This document shows positions 49,252-58,775 of a stretch of 64,000 nucleotides of DNA, piece after piece (within the stretch, counting starts at the first letter, position 1; each line of letters begins with the position of its first letter). The stretch spans positions 256,001-320,000 of the forward strand of contig JAWLHY010000002.1 in assembly GCA_041690135.1 (NCBI GenBank), in the 5' to 3' direction. The notes under the pieces are model-generated. The model made no database searches. It was not told the origin of the DNA and was given only the letters and a program-made list of their open reading frames with translations. The position numbers and the translations under genes are program-made. The DNA comes from Armatimonadota bacterium (GTDB taxonomy: Bacteria; Armatimonadota; SYMT01).

Positions 49252-51186
49252 ATGCAGTTCACCCAATCCTATTCTCATCCGAGTACGGCCAGTATGGGGC
49301 CGGAGGGGCTCCGGCTGGACGTGGCCGCGGAGCAGCACCGGCCGCCGGTGTTCTTGCAGGCGATGGTGCGGGAGAGCCTCTCCTACGCCCGGCTGATGCT
49401 GGCGCTCTACCAGGTGGTGCAGGGGGATCTGCGCTCGAAGACGCGGGATCACAGCGCCTACCAGGAGTGGGTGCAGCAGCGTTATTTGGACGAGCTCTCG
49501 CCGCAACTGGCGGCCAACCGCGCGCGGATTCCGGGCCTGCTGCAGCAGCGGGACGAGTTGAGCGGCCGGATCTCGGAGCTGCATAAGGAAATCCGCGAGC
49601 TGGAGAAGCGGACCTCCGGCGCGGAGTTCCACAGCGCGAAACAGAGGTACTTCAACTGGCTGTGGAAGCACGACAAGGATGCCTGGTGGGTACTCGATCC
49701 CGTGGTGAGCGTCCATCCGGATGCCCTCATCTTCGAAGTCTTCTCCCAGGATGAATCGAGTTATGGCCGGGTCACGGTCCCCTCGGACCGGCTGGACGTG
49801 CTGGGGAACGTCGCCTACGGGACCACCAATATCGACTTCAGCCGCGCGCTGGCCCGCGAGATGGAGCGGGTGCGGAACTACCGTCCCGCCTGGCTCCAGA
49901 TCGGCGCGGAAGGCGTGACGATGGCCACTGGTGCCGGGGAAGCGGTGGAGAAGAAGATCGATCTGCCCCCGTCCTGGGTGCGCGGCTTCCTGCAGGTCCA
50001 GTCCGCGGCGGCGTTCGGCACCGTCGATCTGACGCTCAGCGCGGAGACGGTCGCCGAAGTGCTCTCCCTGCTGCGCCGGCAACGCGAGGAGGGCAGCCCG
50101 CGCTCCCTCCGGTTCCGTCTCGCCCCCGGCGAGTTGCCGGTCCTGATCGTGGAGCCGTGGAACGTCGAAATCCGGGAGTCGCAGCATGTGTATCGCGGCG
50201 ACCACCGGGGCGAAATCCGGCTGTGGGGGCGCCGGCGCCTGGCGGTCCTGGAGAATGTCCTGCCGCATGCCGAGGCGGTGCAGGTGCGACTGCTGGGCAC
50301 CGGGATGCCCTCCTATTGGAGCCTGCACCTGGGCAGCCACCGGTTCGACCTGGGTCTTTCCGGCTGGACCCGCAACGATTGGGCCAGGGCGGCCCGGTTC
50401 GATCTGCTGGCCTCCACCGGCGCCGTTTCGGAGCGGGATTTTGGAATTGCGGCCGCGAAACTGGAGGAGCGCCTGCGCCTGACCCCGGAGGAGCTGGCTA
50501 CGGTGGGCGGTCTCCCGCAGTCGGCCGCTGCCGCGGCCCTCCAGCAGCTCTGCGCGCGCGGGCAGGCGATGTTCGACCCCACCACGGGCGCCTACCGCTG
50601 GCGACCCTTGTTCGCCCACCCGGTGGAGCTGGAAAGCGACGAGGATAAGCGCCTGGCTTACGCGCGCCGCGTGCTGGAAGGCAACCGGGTGAAGTGGACC
50701 GGTAAGCCGGAAACAGTGCAGGACCGGGTGCGCCACACCGCCACCGTGCGCGGCGAGCGGGGCGAGAAGAACTTCCGGGTGATCCTGGAGCTGGACGCGG
50801 ACGGCCGGGTGCAGTACGCCGAGTGCACCTGTAGCTGGCACCGGCGGGAAAAGCTGCGCAAGGGCCCCTGCGGGCACATCCTGGCGGCCACGGCCCTGGC
50901 TTCCCAACTGGTGGAAGCAGGCACCGGAGGGCCGATCAACGCCCCCGATCCGCAGCGCTTCGCCGGCAAGACCTTTGTATTTACCGGGGCCCTCACCCGC
51001 TTCACCCGGGAAGAGGCGCACGCCATGGTGGAACAGGCCGGCGGAAAGCCCGGCAGCGACGTCAGCCGGAACACGGATTACCTGGTGGCGGGAGAGCGCG
51101 CCGGCTCCAAGCTCACCCGCGCCCGTTCCCTGAACATCCCGGTGCTGACGGAAGAAGAGTTCTTGAACATGCTTCAAGGGCGGTAG
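49252..51186 (+). CDS. retron-associated SWIM zinc-finger protein with C-terminal BRCT domain
   Basis: LDPVVSVHPD..FEVFSQDESSYG, EKKIDLPPSWVRGFLQVQSA, SWIM CTC...GPCGH, BRCT GKTFVFTGAL...TDYLVAGERAGSKL. Confidence 0.88.
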   Translation: MQFTQSYSHPSTASMGPEGLRLDVAAEQHRPPVFLQAMVRESLSYARLMLALYQVVQGDLRSKTRDHSAYQEWVQQRYLDELSPQLAANRARIPGLLQQRDELSGRISELHKEIRELEKRTSGAEFHSAKQRYFNWLWKHDKDAWWVLDPVVSVHPDALIFEVFSQDESSYGRVTVPSDRLDVLGNVAYGTTNIDFSRALAREMERVRNYRPAWLQIGAEGVTMATGAGEAVEKKIDLPPSWVRGFLQVQSAAAFGTVDLTLSAETVAEVLSLLRRQREEGSPRSLRFRLAPGELPVLIVEPWNVEIRESQHVYRGDHRGEIRLWGRRRLAVLENVLPHAEAVQVRLLGTGMPSYWSLHLGSHRFDLGLSGWTRNDWARAARFDLLASTGAVSERDFGIAAAKLEERLRLTPEELATVGGLPQSAAAAALQQLCARGQAMFDPTTGAYRWRPLFAHPVELESDEDKRLAYARRVLEGNRVKWTGKPETVQDRVRHTATVRGERGEKNFRVILELDADGRVQYAECTCSWHRREKLRKGPCGHILAATALASQLVEAGTGGPINAPDPQRFAGKTFVFTGALTRFTREEAHAMVEQAGGKPGSDVSRNTDYLVAGERAGSKLTRARSLNIPVLTEEEFLNMLQGR

Positions 51187-51193
51187 AAATCCG

Positions 51194-52621
51194 ATGTTAA
51201 CTCCTACACGACAGGATAGAGCCTACTGGCGGGAGCGGGTCCGGGAGATCGGGCTCACCGGGGTGATCCGGGAGGAGATGACCCGGCTGGGGTTCTGGCC
51301 GCCGAACGAGGAAGTGGGGCGGCAGGCTGCGGAGGCGATGGCGGAGCTGCGGGTGCGGTACCGCGATCTGGCGGAACTCCGGGAACAGCTACAGCGTCTC
51401 GAGCAGGAGTTGGGGGATGCCCAGAACATCGCCGCGATGATCGCCGAGATTCGCAAGCGGCGGATTGAGCGGGTGCGCGCGCAGCGGGAAGTCCGCCGGG
51501 AGCAGCGCGCCCGGGAGCGCGAGGAGCGGCGACGGCAGGATGAAGAATGGCGCCGGACCACCTTGCCGTTCCTGGGTCGCGGCGTCTCCGGCGGGTTGAT
51601 CTACACCGGTGGTGACCCGGTGCGGCTGGAGTCGCTGGGCCTGCCGGTCGTGGAGACGGCGGTGGATCTGGCGGCGGCGATGGAGATCCCGGTGGAGGAG
51701 CTGACCTGGCTCACCTATCACCGGGGCGCGGCCCGCACGGACCACTACCATCGCTTTACGATCCCGAAGCGGCATGGGGGTGTAAGGGTCATCTCCTCGC
51801 CCAAGCGGAACCTGCGCGCCGCCCAGCGCTGGATCCTGGCCTCCATCCTGGCGGAGCAGGAGGTCCATCCCGCGGCGATGGCGTTCCGCCCGAAACGCTC
51901 CATCGTCGATAACGCGGTGGCGCATGCGGGCCGGGCGGTGGTCGTACGCGTGGACCTGAAGGACTTCTTTCCCTCCATCACCTTCCGGCGGGTCAAGGGG
52001 CTGTACGAGTCGTTCGGCTACAACGAGGGGATCTCGACCCTCCTGGCGCTCCTCTCCACGGAGCCGCCCCGCGTGGCTCTGATGGTGGACGGCCAGCGCC
52101 GTTTCGTCAGTCTCGGGGATCGCCAGCTACCCCAGGGCGCCTGTACGTCCCCCGCCATCACGAACCTGCTTTGCCGGAAGCTGGACCGTCGCCTGGAGCG
52201 CGCCGCATCCGCGTTCGGGTTTACCTACACCCGCTATGCCGACGACCTGGTCTTCTCTCACGACCGGGAGGAGGCGCCGGTGGGAGCCATGCTGACCCTG
52301 GCGCGCTCCATCCTGTCCGACGAGGGCTTCACCGTCAACGAGGAGAAGACCGCGGTGATGCGGCCCCAGCACCGGCAGGTAGTGACCGGGATTGTCGTGA
52401 ACGGCGAGCCGGCCCGGGTCTCCCGGCGGGACCTGCGCCGGTTCCGGGCTTTCCTGCACCACTGCGAAACCGAGGGCTTCGCAGTGATGTCGCAGCGTCT
52501 CGGCCGGGATGCCCGCGCCTACGCGGCCGGCTATCTCTCCTTCATCCACATGGTCAACCCGGAACAGGAAGAGCGGATCCGCGCGCGGCATCCCTGGCTC
52601 TCACGCTGGGGTGAGGCGTAA
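51194..52621 (+). CDS. retron-type reverse transcriptase (type XIII / Mx162-like)
   Basis: IPKRHGG.R, region X NAVAH, DLKDFFPSI, LPQGACTSP, YTRYADD, region Y VTG; N-terminal EEM.RLGFWP coiled-coil extension. Confidence 0.93.
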   Translation: MLTPTRQDRAYWRERVREIGLTGVIREEMTRLGFWPPNEEVGRQAAEAMAELRVRYRDLAELREQLQRLEQELGDAQNIAAMIAEIRKRRIERVRAQREVRREQRAREREERRRQDEEWRRTTLPFLGRGVSGGLIYTGGDPVRLESLGLPVVETAVDLAAAMEIPVEELTWLTYHRGAARTDHYHRFTIPKRHGGVRVISSPKRNLRAAQRWILASILAEQEVHPAAMAFRPKRSIVDNAVAHAGRAVVVRVDLKDFFPSITFRRVKGLYESFGYNEGISTLLALLSTEPPRVALMVDGQRRFVSLGDRQLPQGACTSPAITNLLCRKLDRRLERAASAFGFTYTRYADDLVFSHDREEAPVGAMLTLARSILSDEGFTVNEEKTAVMRPQHRQVVTGIVVNGEPARVSRRDLRRFRAFLHHCETEGFAVMSQRLGRDARAYAAGYLSFIHMVNPEQEERIRARHPWLSRWGEA

Positions 52622-52657
52622 GGGCCGATCCTTCGGTTCTCGGGGCGTATTCAGAGT

Positions 52658-53428
52658 TTACGGGGTGACCAGCCGGCCCACGACCAGCGACTTCTGGGTT
52701 TGATCGTACATCGTGGAGCCGTTGTCCGTGCTCCAGCAGTGGCCCACCACCTGGTCGTCCGCCGCATCGGCAAAGATCAGCATCTTGCCCTTGCCCACCC
52801 CCTCGTCAGGACCGCCGGCATCGGGGCGGGTCACGCGGGTGTCCTGCAGGTCGTGGGCATCGCTGCTGCTGTCGATCACCGTGACCGCGTACTTCCGGAT
52901 GCCGTTCGCTTCCGACAGGAGCACGGGGCTACCGGCCACCATCGCCATGTGTCCCGTGTTGCTCGTCTGGACCGTCAGGTTCTTGATGGCGATGAAGTCG
53001 CCCGCGGTCCACTGGCTCACCTTGCCCAGCGTCACGAAGTGCAGGTGCTTGTGCGCCAGCTTGCTGGTGCAGGTCTGGGCTCCCAGGAACCAGTCGTGGT
53101 AGGTCTTGGCAAACGGGCTCTTGGAGCCGATGCAGCGGTAGAAATCGGAGTCGGTATGGCCGTAGCTGTGCTGGATGAGCCGGGTGATGAACTGGCCGCA
53201 CACCGTGTTGTTGGAGGGGGTTACCCCGCTTCCAGGCCACACCACCGTGCTGCTGGTGTTGTAATCGTTGTTCGCCGCCTGGATGCTGATGACCAGCCGC
53301 TCCGCCTGCGTTGCGTGGAAGGGCGTGACGGAGGCGAACCCGCGGACCGCACCCGAGAGGGCGGCCGCGACCGTGGCGGCGACCAGGGCGCCGCGGAAAA
53401 CCTGCTTCTGGGTGGTGTTGGCGTTCAT
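52658..53428 (-). CDS. secreted protein, possible NlpC/P60-like (papain fold) amidase
   Basis: Signal peptide; CGQF...GDFIA...GHMAMV...VIDSS ordering of Cys/His/Asp; RBS GGAGGGAG. Confidence 0.55.
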   Translation of the reverse strand: MNANTTQKQVFRGALVAATVAAALSGAVRGFASVTPFHATQAERLVISIQAANNDYNTSSTVVWPGSGVTPSNNTVCGQFITRLIQHSYGHTDSDFYRCIGSKSPFAKTYHDWFLGAQTCTSKLAHKHLHFVTLGKVSQWTAGDFIAIKNLTVQTSNTGHMAMVAGSPVLLSEANGIRKYAVTVIDSSSDAHDLQDTRVTRPDAGGPDEGVGKGKMLIFADAADDQVVGHCWSTDNGSTMYDQTQKSLVVGRLVTP

Positions 53429-53717
53429 GTTCTTGCTACTCCCTCCGGCCTTCTTTTGGAGCCGGCTGCGTTCCGGTTGACTGTAGTTCTTGCGGCCGGG
53501 GCCTCGCTCTAGCCAGGTAGAGTATGAACGACGGCGGGGATTTGGCTTGTGAAACGGGTCACGAGGAGAGGGTGAGTTGTTCCGGCGGTGATCGAGTGTC
53601 ACGGTAGCCGGAGTTCCGGGTACTCTCAAGAAAGGGGTCCCTTTCGGACAGGATCCGGGGGCCACGGGTGGAGAGCTGCGGCGCGACGGCACAACGGCGC
53701 CAGGGATGGGAGGCGCA

Positions 53718-54713
53718 ATGCAGGGACAAACGGAGCGAACGGGACGGATCTTGCTCACCGGGGCGACCGGATTTGTCGGCCGCCGGCTCTGGGGGGTGCT
53801 GACGCGGGCGGGGCACGAAGTCGTTTGCCTCACCCGTCGCGTGGAGACAGCGCGCGCGAAGTGGCCGGAGCGGACCTGGGTGCAGGGCGATGCCGCCGAC
53901 GAGGAGGACCTGGTCCGGGCGATGGAGGGCTGCACGGCCGCGTACTACCTGATGCACGGCATGGCCGAGCACGTCGCGGACTTCCGCCGCCTGGAACGGG
54001 AGACGGCGGAGCGGTTCAACCGGGCGGGAGAACGGGCGGGGCTCCAACGGACGGTCTACCTGGGCGGGTTCGCTCCCCAGGGCCCGCCCACGGAGCACCT
54101 GGCCAGCCGCCTGGAGGTGGGAGAGGTGCTCCGCAGCGGCCCGGTGCCCACCATCGAGCTGCGTGCCAGCATGATCGTGGGGCACGGCAGCCTTTCATGG
54201 TTGATGGTTCGCGACCTCGCCGCGCGCCTGCCCTGCATGGTCCTGCCGAAGTGGCTCGAATCCCGCACCCAGCCCGTGGCGGTCGATGACGTGCTGCAGG
54301 CACTGGTGCGCGCCCTCTCGCTGGATGCCGGCGGCAACCCTTCCTTCGACCTCCCGGGGCCGGAGATCCTTTCCGGGCGGGAGATCCTAGAGCGAACCGC
54401 GCAGGTGATGGGCCTTCCGCCCCCATTCATGGTCCAGGTGCCGGTGCTCTCGCCCTGGCTCTCGTCCCACTGGGTCCACTTCGTCACCCGCGCCGAGTGG
54501 GCGGTCGCCCGAGAAGTGGTGATCGGCATGGCCCACGACTTCCTGGCCCGCGACGGCCGGTTCTGGGACCTGGCGGGCATTCGTCCCATGGCGTTCGAAC
54601 AGGCGGCGAAGATCGCGCTGGCCGAAGAAGCGCAGGAAGGGACGATATCCGGCTTCTGGGGATCGGTTGAGCGAGGCCTCCGAAGGCATGCCGTACGCGC
54701 CACGGTCCCTTAG
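53718..54713 (+). CDS. NAD(P)-binding atypical SDR (YbjT-like)
   Basis: TGATGFVG, YYLMHGM, HLASRLEVG, TQPVAVDDV. Confidence 0.88.
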   Translation: MQGQTERTGRILLTGATGFVGRRLWGVLTRAGHEVVCLTRRVETARAKWPERTWVQGDAADEEDLVRAMEGCTAAYYLMHGMAEHVADFRRLERETAERFNRAGERAGLQRTVYLGGFAPQGPPTEHLASRLEVGEVLRSGPVPTIELRASMIVGHGSLSWLMVRDLAARLPCMVLPKWLESRTQPVAVDDVLQALVRALSLDAGGNPSFDLPGPEILSGREILERTAQVMGLPPPFMVQVPVLSPWLSSHWVHFVTRAEWAVAREVVIGMAHDFLARDGRFWDLAGIRPMAFEQAAKIALAEEAQEGTISGFWGSVERGLRRHAVRATVP

Positions 54714-54830
54714 TTCTTTTTGAAGGTGAACCACTGGATCGGCCGGCACCGGTATCGCGGACCCCGGGAGCCGGAAGAGAAGTAAGCCGGATAGGGGTGA
54801 GTAGGAAAGAAAAGAAACCGACGAGTGCCG

Positions 54831-55100
54831 TTACTCGGCGCTCAAAATCGAAGGGTGGCCCGGCGCGGTCCTGGGGGGAATGGCGCTCGGGTCGGGATGG
54901 TGGACCGGAGACAGTGCCCCACTGGCCATACCCACGGCCAATCCCAGGCCGATGCACGCCAGGCGCGCCAGCAGGCGGAGGCGAGCGGGAATGATTACCG
55001 GCTCAAACGCGTCTTCCCGCAGTCCTGTGATGCCCCGAAATCGTACCGGGGCTATCCGGCTGCGGCCCCACAACCTCGGCTTCGTGCTATCCAGGTCCAC
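54831..55100 (-). CDS. possible small membrane protein
   Basis: 89-aa ORF with one hydrophobic stretch; weak support. Confidence 0.3.
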   Translation of the reverse strand: MDLDSTKPRLWGRSRIAPVRFRGITGLREDAFEPVIIPARLRLLARLACIGLGLAVGMASGALSPVHHPDPSAIPPRTAPGHPSILSAE

Positions 55101-55215
55101 GCTTCCGTCCCCACTGGTCTGCCGCTCACGCCTGCTGAATCTCTCGGCAAGCTGATTTTGCCCGTCTCCCCATAACCGCAGGTGAACGAAGCCCTAAAGC
55201 GGCATTAAATGCGCT

Positions 55216-56448
55216 TCAGTAGTGGATTTCCAGCAGGCAGATCTCGGGCGGACAGAAGAAGCGCACCTGGGGGGCGAGGTTCCGCTCCATGCCGATGCCG
55301 CGGGACACGTGGAGCGGGATGTCGCCGAAGAGGTGGAGACCCCCCGCGTACTTTCGCGGCAGGCGGCTGAACGTGATGGGGGCGCCGTAGCCTGGAATCA
55401 CCACCTGCCCGCCATGAGTGTGCCCGGCGAGGGCGAGGTTGATACGCGGCGCTTCCAGCAGGTGCTGGACGTATTCCGGCGCGTGTCCGAGGGCGATGCG
55501 GTAATCGCTCCCGCCCGCCCGGTCCAGCAGATCCCGCAGGAGGTCCGGCGCGGGCTTTCGGCTGGTGCGGACGTCGAGGCCGACCAGGTCAAGTGACCGC
55601 CCACCCGGGAGGAGTACGGTCACGGTTTCGTTACTCAGGCAGCGGACGTTCGTGCCGGCGAAGAGGGCGGTCCACCCGTCGTGCTCCACGTCCCCTTCGA
55701 CCGCATAGACCCCCAGAGGTGCCTCCAGGGGTTCCGATTTCAGGAACTCCCGCAGGTCAGCCGCCGCCTGGTCGCGGGTGGGGCGGTAGCGGGACTGGAC
55801 GTAGTCGCCGGTGAATACGATCAGGTCCGGGCGCAGCGCATTCGCCGTCCGGAGCGCCCGCCGCTCGTAATCGCGGATGGCGTGGGTCTGCAGGTCGGCG
55901 AGGTGCAGCAGGCGCAGGGTGCCCGCGGGCGCCCTCCCCTGTGTGAGGTCGAGCGTGTGCCGGCGGACCTGCAGAGCGTACGGCTCCCGGTGGTACGCCT
56001 GCACGTAGACCCCGACGAGGAGTGCCGCCGCGGCGAACAGGAACCCGCCCCGGCGCCGATCGGAGCGACCACCGCTGCTCCGGGCGGCCCGCACGTGGAG
56101 GAGACCCACGAGGAACAGCAATAACGGCAGCTCTCCGAACAGGATCTGCGCCGCCAGCCGCAGCAGCGCGAAGGGCTTCTGGTCGGTCACCACCAGCACC
56201 ACTGCCCCTGCGAGGCTGGAGAAGGCGAAGACGACTCCATCCGCCAGGACGTAGATCAACCAGAGCCACAACGGTCCCGGAGCCGTAACGGGCGCTTCCG
56301 AGCTGGCTCCCCCGGGGGCCAGGAGAGGGGAAGTGGGGGTGCGGGCGGGTGTCCTTGCCAGGCGGTGGCGCCATCGTACCCCGATCCAGGCACACGCCGC
56401 CAGCACCAGAACATGGGCCGCGGCCATCGCCAGCGGGAAACTCAGCAT
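55216..56448 (-). CDS. membrane-bound metallophosphoesterase (YkuE-like)
   Basis: N-terminal TM helices; ADLQ, TGDY, EGDVE (in place of GNH), GH.P, AGHTHGGQV, VSRGIG, PPEI. Confidence 0.85.
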   Translation of the reverse strand: MLSFPLAMAAAHVLVLAACAWIGVRWRHRLARTPARTPTSPLLAPGGASSEAPVTAPGPLWLWLIYVLADGVVFAFSSLAGAVVLVVTDQKPFALLRLAAQILFGELPLLLFLVGLLHVRAARSSGGRSDRRRGGFLFAAAALLVGVYVQAYHREPYALQVRRHTLDLTQGRAPAGTLRLLHLADLQTHAIRDYERRALRTANALRPDLIVFTGDYVQSRYRPTRDQAAADLREFLKSEPLEAPLGVYAVEGDVEHDGWTALFAGTNVRCLSNETVTVLLPGGRSLDLVGLDVRTSRKPAPDLLRDLLDRAGGSDYRIALGHAPEYVQHLLEAPRINLALAGHTHGGQVVIPGYGAPITFSRLPRKYAGGLHLFGDIPLHVSRGIGMERNLAPQVRFFCPPEICLLEIHY

Positions 56449-56763
56449 CGGGGATGATTCTACGCTGTTGCGGTTTCGCCAAACCGGACCGGTCTTGGAT
56501 CTCGATTGCCTTTATCCGGCAGAACGGGTGCGAGCCCAAAGCCGACCGTGGTGCACTCCGTGTGCGATGGCAAGATCCTGGTCGGGGACTGCGACCTGAC
56601 CCTACCAACGGGCATTGCAAATACGGTGGTCAAACCGTTGCCGGGATAGCTACTCCGTTCCCGTCCAGATACTCTTAACGGTGGGACAGGGGAGAGCTGC
56701 CGAAGCCGGCACCCTCCCCTGTCTTCAGGTCCCGACCCTGAGCGGTCGAGATTTGGAACGGCA

Positions 56764-57795
56764 CTACCGCAGGCCCATCAGATGCTTGACGATCAGCAGC
56801 TCCAGGGCTTCGTAGTCGCGGGAGTCGCGTAGGGCCTGGACTTCCGCCGGGTCGACCTTGCGGACCACCTCCACGAGTTGCAGGAAGATCTCCTTGCTGT
56901 TCTCCAGGTGGCGCCAGGCCAGCTCGAACGGCTGGGTGCGCATCGCCTTTACGTCAAGACCGATCCACTCGCCGTTCTTGCCGTAGCCGGCCTGCTCCAG
57001 CACCCATACCTGGTTGAAGGCACGGCGCAGGTCCACGGTGCCGAACGCCTTATCCTGGTCGTACTTCAGGCCGTTCTGGTCGTTCAGGTGCACGCTCCAG
57101 AGCTTGTCGTGCCACAGGGCGTAGGCCATTTCATCGCTGGGGTCCAGGCCGAGCAGGATGGCGTGGGCGCTCTCGATCAGGATACCGCTGCGGCTGGGAT
57201 CGACCGTTTTGTAGCAGAGCGCCAGGAAGTGACCGGTGCTCGGCATGTACATCAGGTCCATCGGCTCGTTCGGCTTCATCTCGCCCAGGATCCGGATGTC
57301 GCGGTCGTACTCCAGCAGCGCGTTGGCGTACTCCAGCATGTAGCTGAAGCTGTCCTGCGCGTTCTTCGACTCACGGATGTAGGTCCCTTCCCGCGCCGGC
57401 CACCACACGATGTCGCGGGTGCCGATCATCCGGGCAATGTCGATGGCCCGCTTCGAGCGGTCGATGGCGTACTGCCGCTCTTCCTTGCGGTTGGAAGTGA
57501 CCGGACCGTCCACGGTGCGGGGGTCTTCCCACAGCCGGGGCGCGATGAACTCCGCGACCAGACCGCGGTCGTCCAGCATCTTCTTAACCTCCGCCACCGC
57601 CTTCTCCATCTGGTCGGCGGGCAGGTCGGCGGGGATGACGTCGTCGTCGTGGAACTGGATGCCCTGGAAGCCGAGCTTGACGGCGATGTCGAGCTTTTCG
57701 GCGAACTCGCGGCTCGGGCGGACGGTCGGCCCGAACGGGTCGGCGCCTTCATGAATATTCCAGGGACCGAAGGAAAACCGGTACTGGGTTGCCAT
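56764..57795 (-). CDS. xylA: xylose isomerase (short class I-like)
   Basis: FSFGPW, DPFG, FHDDD, EMKPNEP, ESAH, HLNDQNGLKYDQD. Confidence 0.85.
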   Translation of the reverse strand: MATQYRFSFGPWNIHEGADPFGPTVRPSREFAEKLDIAVKLGFQGIQFHDDDVIPADLPADQMEKAVAEVKKMLDDRGLVAEFIAPRLWEDPRTVDGPVTSNRKEERQYAIDRSKRAIDIARMIGTRDIVWWPAREGTYIRESKNAQDSFSYMLEYANALLEYDRDIRILGEMKPNEPMDLMYMPSTGHFLALCYKTVDPSRSGILIESAHAILLGLDPSDEMAYALWHDKLWSVHLNDQNGLKYDQDKAFGTVDLRRAFNQVWVLEQAGYGKNGEWIGLDVKAMRTQPFELAWRHLENSKEIFLQLVEVVRKVDPAEVQALRDSRDYEALELLIVKHLMGLR

Positions 57796-57936
57796 AGGGG
57801 AGATGCTCCTGTCGAATACGGGAGGGCGCGGCCGGTGGAACGCAACAGCGTTCAGCACGCCCCATCGTGGTTAGCCGTGGAAGGGAGGGTTCCCTGCGTG
57901 GTGTGCGGGCGACCTTCTCTGGGGAATGACCCCGCC

Positions 57937-58719
57937 TTACTTGCGAAGACCGCGATCCCGGAGGAGGGCATCGGCCCATTGGGCCTCCTCGGGCGGGAGT
58001 GGCGGCTCCGGGTTCTTCGTGTAGTCTACCGAGAGATCGTACGAACCCCGGTCGTAGCACGTAGCGAGAGCCTGTCCCAAATGCAAAACTACATCCTCGT
58101 CGTCCGGCCTCACCGGAATCCGGAAGTTCGGGATCGGATCGCGAACCCCAAAGCGCACAACTTGAAATCGCTGTGTCCTCGCCCGGTGGATGCAGATGCG
58201 ATAGTCCGAGGGTGCAAGCAGCTCCTTCGGTACGGCGACGGTGTGGCGGCCGCCGCGTAGCAGGTCGATTTCGACAAGATGGGTCTCACTGACGAGGATC
58301 TCGCGCTGCTTCTCGCGGTACTCGCGATAACCAGTTCCCGTTTTGTTCCAGGGACTGAGCAACTCCAGAATGGTGACGACGGCATGCCCCGTGGTTTCCC
58401 GGATGGTGATGTACCGGTGGGGCACGGTCAGGTCCGGCACCACAATTTCCTCCGGGGCGGCGATATCCACATCGGGATCCGCGACCGCGAGGCGGCCGCC
58501 AGTGGCTCCGGGACGGGTTGCTTCGTAAACCCGCACGTCGGGCCGAATGCTCTCGCCGAGTGGGCCCAGAACTACCCGCTCTTCGGCGCGCGCGACGTAC
58601 CGGGGATAGAGCTGCGGTTGCAGGTCATCGCAGATACGGATCAGCAAGTTGGTGTGAACACCCTGCCAGAAGTGAGGATCTTCCAGGTAGGGGTCCATTC
58701 CGGGGAAAGGGCTGGGCAT
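57937..58719 (-). CDS. DUF4058 family protein
   Basis: MPSPFPGMDPYLE, PDV, ELLSP.NK, HLVEIDLLRGG. Confidence 0.92.
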   Translation of the reverse strand: MPSPFPGMDPYLEDPHFWQGVHTNLLIRICDDLQPQLYPRYVARAEERVVLGPLGESIRPDVRVYEATRPGATGGRLAVADPDVDIAAPEEIVVPDLTVPHRYITIRETTGHAVVTILELLSPWNKTGTGYREYREKQREILVSETHLVEIDLLRGGRHTVAVPKELLAPSDYRICIHRARTQRFQVVRFGVRDPIPNFRIPVRPDDEDVVLHLGQALATCYDRGSYDLSVDYTKNPEPPLPPEEAQWADALLRDRGLRK

Positions 58720-58775
58720 CGACGTCTCCGTATCCAGTGCAGCTTTACTGATGGTACCGCGGGCCGGGATACGGG

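Noticed and set aside
51194-52621. Group II intron, DGR or CRISPR-associated RT
   Set aside because: It has retron NAxxH and VTG motifs; no maturase or endonuclease domain, intron domain V, TR/VR pair or cas genes are seen.
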